Of a DNA stretch of 64,000 bases, positions 41,176-53,011 are shown one piece after another. Source of the stretch: Macrostomum lignano (Eukaryota); the NCBI GenBank assembly GCA_002269645.1, contig NIVC01000538.1:434001-498000 (forward strand), in the 5' to 3' direction. The notes below the pieces were generated by a model, which did no database searches, had not been told where the DNA came from, and saw nothing but the letters and a program-made list of their open reading frames with translations. The first letter of the stretch is position 1. The number at the start of each line of letters is the position of its first letter. A program made the translations under genes and the position numbers.

Positions 41176-41541
41176 GTGAGTCTCTTTCTGGGGACTCGCG
41201 AATTTTTGAAGGCCGATCCCAGATCACAGAATTTGCTTCCTGAAGCGCAAAAAGATCTTGCTGTTGCTGATTCTCCCGCAGGAGGTCGCAGAAGGCGCTG
41301 CCTCAGCCGGGCAGCCGGTTTCTCGCGCAGAGTCTTTGCCAGTCCGCTGGCAACGGCGAGGCGCAGCTTTGGTGAGTTGAAGTTAATCGGGGCTTCTGAC
41401 TCTGCCGCAGAGTGTACAGCGGCCCTGAATTTCAGACCGCGCGTCAAACAGTGTTGCAATATCCTCGTGTATGAATTTCCGTGATCGAAATAGTATAGAG
41501 AATATTGAATTTAAAGCATGCCCCGCATCCCAACCCTTCAG

Positions 41542-41584
41542 CTCCCAGTCGCCCTCGCCAGTGACCGCTGTCAACCTCGGTTAA
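41542..41584 (+). CDS. MYT1: Probable short terminal exon of the Myt1-like gene
   Basis: Acceptor caacccttcAG|C is phase-compatible with the 41175 donor; encodes SSQSPSPVTAVNLG-TAA. Confidence 0.45.
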
Positions 41585-41986
41585 AGGCGCAGCAGACCGA
41601 TGCCACCGAGCGCGAGCTGCCCGAACGTTGGTCGAGAGCTTTGGTCACATTTCTTATTATCAACATTGCGTAACGCTGATCAATGAACATTTTTTATCGG
41701 AATTCGATGTACCGTATCGTGCACTTTTACGTTAGTGACTCATCCATTGAAGCAACCCTAATGGAAGCATCCAATGTTACGAATACATTGACCAGAACGA
41801 AGCCCCTGTACATGTACTTAAAATATGTGGAATTTACGACAAATTGTTTTATTGATATTTAACGCCACTGTAATTGTTTAAGCGCTGCTTCTGTTACACT
41901 CATATATGCAATGTCATTAAGGATTTCTGTGCTTTCCTTGGTTATTATACTTGAGCATGCGGATGTGCTTGAGCATTAGTGTTAGG

Positions 41987-42948
41987 TCACTGAATCATTG
42001 GAGCAGGTCACTGAATCATTGGAGTAGGTTGTCACTGAGTTCTATAGATCACTGAATCATTGGAGTAGGTGGTCACTGAGTTCTATAGGTCACTGAATCA
42101 TTGGAGTAGGTGGTCACTGAGTTCTATAGGTCACTGAATCATTGGAGTAGGTGGTCACTGAGTTCTATAGGTCACTGAATCATTGGAGTAGGTGGTCACT
42201 GAGTTCTATAGGTCACTGAATCATTGGAGTAGGTGGTCACTGAGTTCTATAGGTCACTGAATCATTGGAGTAGGTGGTCACTGAGTTTTTTAGGTCACTG
42301 AATCATTGGAGTAGGTGGTCACTGAGTTCTATAGGTCACTGAATCATTGGAGTAGGTGGTCACTGAGTTCTATAGGTCACTGAATCATTGGAGTAGGTGG
42401 TCACTGAGTTCTATAGGTCACTGAATCATTGGAGTAGGTGGTCAGAGTTTTTTAGGTCACTGAATCATTGGAGTAGGTGGTCACTGAGTTCTATAGGTCA
42501 TTGAATCATTGGAGTAGGTGGTCACTGAGTTCTATAGGTCACTGAATCATTGGAGTAGGTGGTCACTGAGTTCTATAGGTCACTGAATCATTGGAGTAGG
42601 TGGTCACTGAGTTCTATAGGTCACTGAATCATTGGAGTAGGTGGTCACTGAATCATTGGAGTAGGTGGTCACTGAGTTCTATAGGTCACTGAATCATTGG
42701 AGTAGGTGGTCACTGAGTTCTATAGGTCACTGAATCATTGGAGTAGGTGGTCACTGAGTTCTATAGGTCACTGAATCATTGGAGTAAGTGGTCACTGAGT
42801 TCTATAGGTCACTGAATCATTGGAGTAGGTGGTCACTGAATCATTGGAGCAGGTCACTGAATCATTGGAGTAGGTGGTCACTGAGTTTTGTAGGTCACTG
42901 AATCATTGGAGTAGGTGGTCACTGAATCATTGGAGGTCACTAAATCAT
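41987..42948. repeat. Minisatellite, 41-bp unit GGTCACTGAATCATTGGAGTAGGTGGTCACTGAGTTCTATA
   Basis: Direct periodicity. Confidence 0.95.
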
Positions 42949-43428
42949 TGTGGTAGCTTGAGTTCAGTTGTATTTCCAAAGCAGCCCTGTCCCGAGTCTT
43001 CACTCAAATCCCTAGTATCCAGCCCGTTCCCTACTCGCACTCAGCGGATAAATAGAAACGCAATTAAAAAAGCAGGCACCACCAGTGCGAACTGCATAAT
43101 CTGCTTTAGCAAACTCGGCATCACGAATTCGTTTAACTAGGGAACCGCGCGAAAAAAGCAAGTTAGAAAATTTGAATTGTCCATTGGAGACGAGGTGCCA
43201 TCAAGTCACTCACTCAGCCGCCACCGATTCTTGATAATCCAACACTTGAAAAGCATGCAGTTAATCTTGCGTACAACTCTCAAGTCCGTCTTCTGCTTCT
43301 AAAAGCACGTACCAGAGTTTTTTGTGATTTAAGAAGATTATGATATCAGCAACGATTCAAAACAAAAAAGGCCTGAATTTAATTGTAGATTTGCTGAGAT
43401 AATCCCAGACAGGAACTAGAAGCTGCTA

Positions 43429-43851
43429 GACCATCGTGTGTAACCTGTCCTCACCCAAAGGACCATCGTGTGCAAACTTGTCGCCATCCAAAGGACCATC
43501 GTGTGTAACCTGTCCTCACCCAAAGGACCATCGTGTGTAAACTGTCCTCACCCAAAGGACCATCGTGTGTAACCTGTCCTCACCTAAAGGACCATCGTGT
43601 GTAACCTGTCCTCACCCAAAGGACCATCGTGTAACTTGTCGCCATCCAAAGGACCATCGTGTGTAACCTGTCGCCACCCAAAGGACCATCGTGTGTAACC
43701 TGTCGCCACCCAAAGGACCATCGTGTGTAACCTGTCGCCACCCAAAGGACCATCGTGTGTAACCTGTCGCCACCCAAAGGACCATCGTGTGTAACCTGTC
43801 GCCACCCAAAGGACCATCGTGTGTAACTTGTCGCCATTCAAAGGACCATCG
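43429..43851. repeat. Minisatellite, 32-bp unit AAAGGACCATCGTGTGTAACCTGTCGCCACCC
   Basis: Direct periodicity. Confidence 0.94.
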
Positions 43852-44524
43852 TGGATTATTAGAGGCCACAATCAAAAGGACCGCCACCATTAGGAGCATA
43901 CAGAAAGCCCAAAATGTATGCTATTCGTAAATATTGAATTCATTCATGACCCCATGAAGCTAAAAACACTGGACTTGAATAAAAATCTGGCAACACCCAA
44001 AATCTGATTCATCCTTTATCACAGAATTAAGCGCAGCCATCTAGCATCAAGTTGAAATGCATCCACCAAGCTGACACCCGACAAGCAAACTGTTTCAACA
44101 CCTGACAAGGGGAAGTTAAGTAATATTACATGTAGATACAGTGTGAGCGTGTGACTGCTTGCCTCCTAACCCAGCTAATAATCAAGATCAAGGACCACTA
44201 GGAAGGGACACTTGTTTCTTAAAAAGATTTTGAAACGAAGTTAGAGAGCTCGAATGTGACTTTGGAAAGTAGCTCAGACACGATTAAATCACAGGTATAC
44301 ACAGGTGATTATCGGATATCAAAGGATCCAGTGACCAAATTTCCAGCTCCCAGGGGTGGCTAATTAGTAGAAGGAAAAAGATCGAACAAAGACCGCAATA
44401 ATTACAGATTACTAAACATTGCAAAACAGAGCTATTAGCAAAAAACAGCTTGCCAAGTTGCCTTCTACTACTAATAAGTAGCAGAATATGCACAAACCGG
44501 ATGTATTAATTACGGTTATTATTT

Positions 44525-44798
44525 GGGCTGTCCCACAAGTGCTGTGTTTATTATTATTATAACTCTCGTGCTAATGATCCAAATAGCATCATTTTGCACA
44601 ATTTTATAGCGGCAACTCTCTTCTTGATTATAACTTTAACAGCTCCAGTTACATTTTTGTTCATAACTTTTGTTTCCATTGTTTCCAGTTATTATCGAGA
44701 ATAGAGTTGCCGCTATAAAACTGTGCAAAATGATGTCGTTTGGATTTCTCTCGTTAGGAGAGATATAATCAAAAGTAACACTACTTTTGGAACAGCCC
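44525..44798. mobile_element. Fold-back MITE (~274 bp)
   Basis: Imperfect TIRs GGGCTGT(C/T)CCA(C/A)AAGT and a ~43-bp internal inverted repeat (44577-44619 vs 44703-44745). No clear TSD. A related right-end fragment lies at ~48562-48607. Confidence 0.65.
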
Positions 44799-44978
44799 TC
44801 GTAATTCACAAATGCAAACCAATCCTAAACAAATAATTATTAATATTAAACCTATGTAACATCAAAATTACAGCTTAATTAGTAAGATAAAAAAATTAGG
44901 TACCAATAAGATAAATAATTCGTGTGAATTTTGAGTAAAAATTTTAGCAGACAGCGATTCTTGGGGTACGGGTGAGGG

Positions 44979-45862
44979 TACGGGCGATTCTCAGGGGGGC
45001 GGTTGAGGAGTACGGGCGATTCTCAGGGGGGCGGCTGAGGAGTACGGGCGATTCTCAGGGGGGCGGTTGAGGAGTACGGGCGATTCTCAGGGGGGCGGTT
45101 GAGGAACACGGGCGATTCTCAGGGGGGCGGTTGAGGAGTACGGGCGATTCTCAGGGGGGCGGTTGAGGAGTACGGGCGATTCTCAGGGGGGCGGTTGAGG
45201 AACACGGGCGATTCTCAGGGGGGCGGTTGAGGAACACGGGCGATTCTCAGGGGGGCGGTTGAGGAGTACGGGCGATTCTCAGGGGGCGGTTGAGGAACAC
45301 GGGCGATTCTCAGGGGGCGGTTGAGGAGTACGGGCGATTCTCAGGGGGCGGCTGAGGAGTACGGGCGATTCTCAGGGGGCGGTTGAGGAACACGGGCGAT
45401 TCTCAGGGGGCGGTTGAGGAGTACGGGCGATTCTCAGGGGGGCGGCTGAGGAGTACGGGCGATTCTCAGGGGGGCGGCTGAGGAGTACGGGCGATTCTCA
45501 GGGGGGGGGCGGTTGAGGGGTACGGGCGATTCTCAGGGGGGCGGTTGAGGAGTACGGGCGATTCTCAGGGGGGCGGTTGAGGAATACGGGCGATTCTCAG
45601 GGGGGGGGCGGTGGAGGGGTACGGGCGATTATCTGGGGGGAGTCTGAGGGGTACGGGCGATTCTCAGGGGGCGGTTGAGGAATACGGGCGATTCTCAGGG
45701 GGGCGGTTGAGGAATACGGGCGATTCTCAGGGGGGGGGCGGTGGAGGGGTACGGGCGATTCTCAGGGGGCGGTTGAGGAACACGGGCGATTCTTAGGGGG
45801 GGCGGTTGAGGAATACGGGCGATTCTCAGGGGGGGGGCGGTGGAGGGGTACGGGCGATTCTC
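44979..45862. repeat. G-rich minisatellite, ~32-bp unit GGGCGATTCTCAGGGGGGCGGTTGAGGAGTAC
   Basis: Direct periodicity; begins ~70 nt past the SmD2 stop. Confidence 0.94.
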
Positions 45863-45929
45863 AACGTGAAATTATTAAACCTTAGCATCAGTTCAGAGCA
45901 CAGAAGAGCAAACAGTTTATCAGTAAGAA

Positions 45930-46274
45930 TTATTTTCCTGAAGCGAGCGGGTTGCGCAGAACCAAGATGACACTATCGCCGCGCAGAAACAGCTTAGATA
46001 TGTAGCGATCCCTGTTAATCGGCTTCGACTTCTTCTTGCCCTTGCCAGACCGGGGCACCTCGGTCCACATCTCCTTCACATTTTCCAGCACCATGTTGCA
46101 GTGCCTGTCAAAGGCTTTGACCCGGCCTAGGAGTTTCTTATTGTTTCTGCAGTTGATCAGCACCTGGGTGTTGTTGCGAACCGAATAGGTCAGCACGCTC
46201 AGGGGGCCAGTCTCAAATTCTTCCTTCTCCTTGGAGGCCAGCTCTTCCTGGCTGAGTTGCACCTTCTGGGCCAT
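45930..46274 (-). CDS. SNRPD2: Small nuclear ribonucleoprotein Sm D2 (intronless, 114 aa)
   Basis: [92 protein letters not shown] is the canonical SmD2 sequence. Confidence 0.98.
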   Translation of the reverse strand: MAQKVQLSQEELASKEKEEFETGPLSVLTYSVRNNTQVLINCRNNKKLLGRVKAFDRHCNMVLENVKEMWTEVPRSGKGKKKSKPINRDRYISKLFLRGDSVILVLRNPLASGK

Positions 46275-47263
46275 TAATTATGCATGCAATGTTTATCAAA
46301 AACTGTTTAGTAACACAGCATTTGCGAGCTTTGTGAGTGAAACTTGTCTATGGCCAAAACTGTGTACAGCGAGAGAGCACTAAACTCAAGACACTGGGCA
46401 GTTGAATTCAGACATTTAAACTAAACAAAATTAGTAAATTTTGTGTTGTGACAAAGATCATACTCGTAGATAGTGTTTTGACCATAGACAAAAGTAGTAG
46501 CATTGACTGAACATGATTGCAGTGTCTTAGAATGAATGCTTGAATTCTAAACTAAATTAAAAATGCTATAGTAGACACAAGAAGAAGTTAATATGCAATT
46601 TAAACTGGCACTTTTTTATTTAATTAAGAGAAGAGGCTTTGAATTAAAATGTACTTTTTAGCCAATAAAAATTATCATAAAAATACCTATATTCAAGTTT
46701 TGGTTCCACTACATCTATAAAACAGGTATTGTAAAAATCACAAAAGCCATAATTTTATTTCAACAAATTTTTAGACAGGCTTTTATCTATAAATAAAACT
46801 TTGTTTTCTTTAATATAAGCCTTAGCCTACTAAATTATGTCACTTATGTTAGAAATGAGGAAGTTAAATGATGCCAGAAATCTCCAGCATAAATCTAGAC
46901 AAAAATTAGCCTTGGCATAAATGCTTGACATAAGAATTAATAGAAAATTGGATTAGCGTAAATGGCTAGCATAAAAACAATTATAGATTATAGATGATCT
47001 TTTGGCACATTTCCCTGAAAGGAAATAAATGTTGACTGTGGTTGATTATGGTCATTAATGACTATAGCTTATTTCAAGTATTTGAATACAACAGAGAATT
47101 TAAATAACTATATATATACATTTTTAAGTATTTATAAAAAGTAAAACAAAGTTTAAAGTAAAAAAATCGTGCTGTAATGCAAAAGCTATATTATTATTTT
47201 TTTTATACTTATATGTTTATAAAGTTTTAAATATAATATACAAATAAAAACATTAGGCCTAAT

Positions 47264-47856
47264 CCATAGTCAGGATGATGTACATTATGCCGGAAATTTC
47301 TGACGTATAATTGAAAATTTTACTTTTTTGGTGTACAATTGGCATAAAAAAATGAGGCAAAATATATTTGGCGTACCTTTTGGCGTGACGCCATGGCGTA
47401 AATATGCTGAGCAGTGTACGCCAACTCCAACCTTCACACCAAAGTTAATATTAACAATTGTTGGCATAATGCCATAACCTCAGAATCTTATTATAAAATC
47501 ATAAAAACTGTAAAATGAGTAAGTGAAGATGAAAGTTCATAACTATTCATAATTTATAAAAATTTAAAATTCCACACAAACTAATCGTATTGATTTTCTA
47601 AAAAAAACTTAAACAAAAAATTGATTTTTGTTGGTATTATCTGTAAGCCAATTTACTTTAAAGGAAAACCACACATTTGTTAAATTTTTATTGTTAAAAA
47701 ATGTGTAACATGCAAAAAAGGTCATTTATTGTTGCAAAGCCTAGAAAACCTGGCGTAAGTTCCTTGGACCTTGGCGTATGTTTCAGTATGAAGTGGCGTA
47801 GATTTTTTAGGGGACTTTTTATTCCGGCATATACCATGATATGATCCTGACTATGG
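47264..47856. mobile_element. Non-autonomous DNA transposon with 8-bp TSD (hAT- or P-like)
   Basis: TIR CCATAGTCAGGAT(G/C)AT, subterminal ATGCCGGAA inverted pair, exact TSD GGCCTAAT (47256-47263, 47857-47864) and many internal GGCGTA/GGCATA motifs. Confidence 0.85.
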
Positions 47857-49109
47857 GGCCTAATAAATATTTTTTTAATGAAAAATATTTGTACAAATGG
47901 GCACCCCATGCACCTCCCCCCCTAGTCTAGGAATTATGCCTAGCATGCAGCGCATAAGCCTGGCTGCTGGCATAAGTCTGGTATAAATGATGAAATTTTA
48001 TCATTTTTCCTCCGGCGTAACTCCAAGCATGAAATGGACTATGGCACGCAGGCACGGATCTATATAGATAAAATTGGAATTTTTGACATGCCTCCTATTG
48101 ACTTAAATGGTGGCAGCTATTACAATAAGCTGCTGTGGGGATAAGCTAGAAATTATCAACACAGATTTGTGTGAAAAATTAGAATTATTGGAATGGGACT
48201 ATAGGGATAAGCACTTCCCTGAAATTTTGCTAGCCAAGCTTGTTGAATTAATATAAGTCTAGGCCCTACAGTCAAGCTCCTGCAAAATTTTTAATATTTT
48301 TGCTACCATTGTTTTTAAAGAAGACTTTCTCCCCAGAGTAGAGTGGGAGAATTTTGACTGCCTTTGTATTTTGTTTCTATTGCTAACATTGGAGATAGAT
48401 TGATGTCTATGTCCCCCCTTACATGAATCCAGGCTATGTGCTGGTTTAAAGATATTAAAGATAATATAGAAAGGAAATGAGAAAGATAATAACTGAATAA
48501 GAGAAAAGAAAGTTGCCTCTTATAAAATTATAAAAACAAAATTAAATGTTATTTGGATCAACAGAACAAGAGATATAATGAAAGTAACACTACTTTTGGG
48601 ATAGCCCTTCTAATAAGAGCCTAGTTGTAGGCCTAAAATGTAATAAAAATGTAATAAACCTGTTGAAATGGCACGTTTCCTTCTGGCTCTATATGAACCT
48701 AAACTTAAAGAGTTAAACTATAAAAATAAAATAGTCTATTTGATAATAGGCCTAGCCATAGCCATAGGATGCCATAGGCATAGGTCAAAGGAAAAATATT
48801 TATATGTGATGTGCATCACGTTTAGGTTTAGCATTAGACACAATAGGAACATGTGGACTGACTGCAAAGCTACACTCAAAATTGACTGCTCTGAACGCGC
48901 GCAGAGCTCAACAGAAAAAGAAAACCATAATTTTTTTAATGTGGTACAAAAGTTTAGCAAAACCGTTTTTTTTAATTACATGCTTTAATATTAATTTTAA
49001 CATAAAAGCACAAACAATTGTTTAAAAAATTATACAATCTATTTTTTCCTTAAAACTCCTACAAGCTGAAAGGATTGAAGCTATCTGGAGTTGGACCACA
49101 AAAAAGTTT

Positions 49110-49799
49110 CATAGGCGTCGTAGGAACGGGGGGGAAGTGGGGCCAATGGCCCCCCCCCACTATTTAAAATGGGGGGCAGTAATGGTATCTGGCCCCTTCA
49201 CATTTTAAATAAAATTTAGACTTCTTGCTTATTTTTGGTTTTTGCTGCTTTGCATGAATGCATTTTGCTGCAGGGCGACAAAACATAGCGCCTGCAGCGC
49301 CAAAATGAGTGCCTGCGGCGCTAAAATGCGGGGCTGCAGCGACGCTAAAATGAGTGCCTGCGGCGCTTTATAAAACGAGTGCTGACAAGATGGATTCTGA
49401 AAATAATCGGTACATGATCATGGGCCTTTTCATATTACAAATTCCAGAACCAGAATCGGTTCGGAATTCCAAGAAAAACAGCAGTATAACTATTAAACTC
49501 TGTTAATATTTGACTGCCTTAACAACCTAATTCTTAGCACAATTTTTCACTTTCTTCTTGGCGATTGTCATTCAATAATAAAAACTTTATAGCGCGTATC
49601 TCCCTCTAGTTATGGAGACAAAAAGTTATACTTCACAAATTGGTTCTGGTTCTGGAACCAGAACAAGCAATATGAAAAGGCCCCATGTGCATTTTCCATA
49701 TATGAAATCTAACTCGACGGGGGCGGGCGCCCCGCCCCCCCCCCCTAAATCGTCACTGAACCTGCCCCCCCCACTTTTTGAAACGTTCCTACGCCGTAT
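49110..49799. mobile_element. Possible older hAT-like MITE hosting the 49422 element
   Basis: Imperfect inverted termini CG(T/G)CGTAGGAACG with G/C-run subtermini; no TSD recognised. Confidence 0.4.
49422..49683. mobile_element. 262-bp MITE, PIF/Harbinger(Tourist)-like
   Basis: Perfect 15-bp TIR GGGCCTTTTCATATT and 3-bp TSD CAT (49419-21, 49684-86). Near-identical (reverse complement) to the split copy at 60621..63628. Confidence 0.88.
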
Positions 49800-50217
49800 C
49801 TTTTGCTTACTATCTTACTTAATCTGCTCATATTAGAAGCAAAACCGGAAATCGAGGTTTTTCTAGCTCATTCTGTCAATAACCACTTTAAAATCTTGCA
49901 ATTCCTTTATTTTAATTTGTAAACCTTTTTATTTCCTAAATCCTGTTAGAAGAATGAAGATGGCCAAAGTTTGAATACCGGAATATGGTCAAGTGGGAAT
50001 ACACTGCAGTGTTGTGTTAATGCACAGCAGTTAATGCAAGTTAATGTTAATAAATGCAAAGACGGAAATCCGAAAGTATAGATGTTCAATCAGCTCAATT
50101 TACTAGAAACACACTCCATGGAACATCACAGAATCACGTAATTTATATTTATGGCAAGACATCAACAGTCGTTAAACTGATTCTGTTAAAATTGACCAAC
50201 GCGAAAAAAGCAAAAAA

Positions 50218-50583
50218 TCAATCAAATACATAAGAATCCAATTGCCCATTCATCGCTTTACCAGTATCAAGAGCTTTGTCGTACGACGCTGGTGGATCAA
50301 GCATTTTTTCAAGACCAGTCCTGCTGCCCATGATAAGCAGCTCAAAGTCCCGGTTGCGCTGCAGCAGCCGCATCTGATAGTTAAACGTGGCCAGGCGCAA
50401 GTGTGGAACAAAGCCGCCAATCACGTAGGCGTTTTCACCCACTTTAGTTCGGGCAACGTACACTGGCAAACCCTGGCGGGTGCCGGCGATAAGAGCGTTG
50501 TCTGGCACCTCGCGGGAGCTCTGCCAGGCCAGCCAGTGGTGTGAGTCGATATCGAAATTTAACAAGCCAGTATAGATTAGCAC
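50218..50583 (-). CDS. DM9-repeat protein, exon 2 (second repeat and C-terminal tail)
   Basis: Acceptor ctttcAG|GTG completes FE|VL. Encodes HWLAWQSSREVPDNALIAGTRQGLPVYVARTKVGENAYVIGGFVP..FNYQMRLLQRNRDFELL. Spliced product is 232 aa. Confidence 0.8.
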   Translation of the reverse strand: MLIYTGLLNFDIDSHHWLAWQSSREVPDNALIAGTRQGLPVYVARTKVGENAYVIGGFVPHLRLATFNYQMRLLQRNRDFELLIMGSRTGLEKMLDPPASYDKALDTGKAMNGQLDSYVFD

Positions 50584-50607
50584 CTGAAAGTTTTATGGTG
50601 AGTTTAC

Positions 50608-52380
50608 CATCACCGTCTCCCGATGCCCACACTGCACCCACAGACACATCACCGTCTCCCCGATACCCAAACTGCACCCACAGACACATCACCGTCTCCC
50701 CGATACCCACACTGCACCCACAGACACATCACCGTCTCCCCGATACCCAAACTGCACCCACAGACACATCACCGTCTCCCCGATACCCACACTGCACCCA
50801 CAGACACATCACCGTCTCCCCGATACCCACACTGCACCCACAGACACATCACCGTCTCCCCGATACCCACACTGCACCAATAGACCCATCACCGTCTCCC
50901 CGATACCCACACTGCACCCACAGACACATCACCGTCTCCTCGATACCCACACTGCATCCACAGACACATCACCGTCTCCCCGATACCCACACTGCACCCA
51001 CAGACACATCACCGTCTCCCCGATACCCACACTGCACCAACAATAGACCCATCACCGTCTCCCCGATACCCACACTGCACCCACAGACACATCACCGTCT
51101 CCCCGATACCCACACTGCACCCACAGACACATCACCGTCTCCCCGATACCCACACTGCACCAACAATAGACCCATCACCGTCTCCCCGATACCCACACTG
51201 CACCCACAGACACATCACCGTCTCCCCGATACCCACACTGCACCAACAATAGACCCATCACCGTCTCCCCGATACCCACACTGCACCCACAGACACATCA
51301 CCGTCTCCCCGATACCCACACTGCACCCACAGACACATCACCGTCTCCCCGATACCCACACTGCACCCACAGACACATCACCGTCTCCCCGATACCCACA
51401 CTGCACCCACAGACACATCACCGTCTCCCCGATACCCACACTGCACCCACAGACACATCACCGTCTCCCCGATACCCACTGCACTGCACCCACAGACACA
51501 TCACCGTCTCCCCGATACCCACAATACACCCACAGACACGTCAACGTCTCCCCGATACCCACAATACCCCCACAGACACATCACCGTCTCCCCGATACCC
51601 ACAATACACCCACAGACACGTCAACGTCTCCCCGATACCCAAACTGCACCCACAGACACATCAATGTCTCCCCGATACCCACACTGCACCCACAGACACA
51701 TCACTGTCTCCTCGATACCCACACTGCATCCACAGACACATCACCGTCTCCCCGATACCCACACTGCACCCACAGACACATCACCGTCTCCCCGATACCC
51801 ACACTGCACCCACAGACACATCACCGTCTCCCCGATACCCACTGCACTGCACCCACAGACACATCACCGTCTCCCCGATACCCACAATACCCCCACAGAC
51901 ACGTCAACGTCTCCCCGATACCCACAATACCCCCACAGACACATCACCGTCTCCCCGATACCCACACTGCACCCACAGACACATCACCGTCTCCCCGATA
52001 CCCACAATACACCCACAGACACGTCAACGTCTCCCCGGTACCCACAATACACCCACAGACACATCACCGTCTCCCCGATACCCAAACTGCACCCAAAGAC
52101 ACATCACCGTCTCCCCGATACCCACACTGCACCCACAGACACATCACCGTCTCCTCGATACCCACACTGCACCCACAGACACATCAATGTCTCCCCGATA
52201 CCCACAATACACCCACAGACACGTCAACGTCTCCCCGATACCCAAACTGCACCCACAGACACATCACAGTCTCCCCGATACCCACACTGCACCCACAGAC
52301 ACATCACCGTCTCCCCGATACCCACACTGCACTCACAGACACATCACCGTCTCCCCGATACCCACACTGCACTCACAGAC
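50608..52380. repeat. Minisatellite, 40-bp unit CACCGTCTCCCCGATACCCACACTGCACCCACAGACACAT in the DM9 intron
   Basis: Fills most of the 1871-bp intron. Confidence 0.95.
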
Positions 52381-52454
52381 ACTCAACTGCAGTTCAGTCA
52401 GCAGTCACATGTACACCCACAGAGACCCGTAGAAGCAACAATCCGCGCTCAAAC

Positions 52455-52787
52455 CTCGAAGTCTTTGCAGCGCACGCAGCTGTCAAACGAGGCGGCGAAC
52501 AGCTGCAGACCGGTGGCCACAGGTATGGAGGTCGATTCATCAGCCACGGCGCCGCTGCCGATCAAGAAGTACCCGGGGCACCACTCGCTGTCGCACAGTG
52601 CCCGGCCGACGCACACCATCCCGCCTGGAGGACAGTCGTGAATCATCGTATGCGCCACCCCGACAGTTGTCGCGCTGGCCGGGATGACCAGCTCGGATAG
52701 GCGCTGGCACGAGTGAATCAGCTGCCTCTGACACCAGCTCAACCTGAGCTCCTTAGACATGCCGCTAGCGCTGAACACTGTTGACAT
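52455..52787 (-). CDS. DM9-repeat (DUF3421-like) protein, exon 1 (Cys-rich first repeat)
   Basis: ATG 52787 (alternative 52760). Encodes LSW..VIPASATTVG..GGMVCVGRA..EWCPGYF..FDSCVRCKDFE, following the DM9 pattern W..VP..AV.G....YVGR....G....YEVL. Donor GAG|GTTTGA. Confidence 0.72.
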
Positions 52788-53011
52788 TGCCGCAATATTC
52801 AACGTTCGAGTGCTAAGCGATCGTACACACAAAGTATTTGGGAATCGTCTTTATAGGGTGGCAGAAATGTTAAAGCTGATTTTTCGTTTCAAAGCCGCGG
52901 TGTCCAGTCGTACGATTAGGTCTATGGCCAAAACTGATTCATTTGAATAGCGGGGTTTGGGTTGGAGCAGCGGGTTCCATTTTCTGGCCAGATTCAGAAA
53001 GTCGATTTGTT

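Noticed and set aside
40214-41227. Long antisense ORFs over GC-rich exons (also 21744..22283, 22505..23347, 56448..56891)
   Set aside because: Expected shadows of GC-rich coding sequence; no independent motifs.
41987-42948. CRISPR-like appearance of 22-44 bp periodic repeats
   Set aside because: Units are head-to-tail with no unique spacers, there are no cas genes, and the context is eukaryotic.
50541-52700. 719-aa plus-strand ORF
   Set aside because: A 40-bp array inside the DM9 intron read on the antisense strand.
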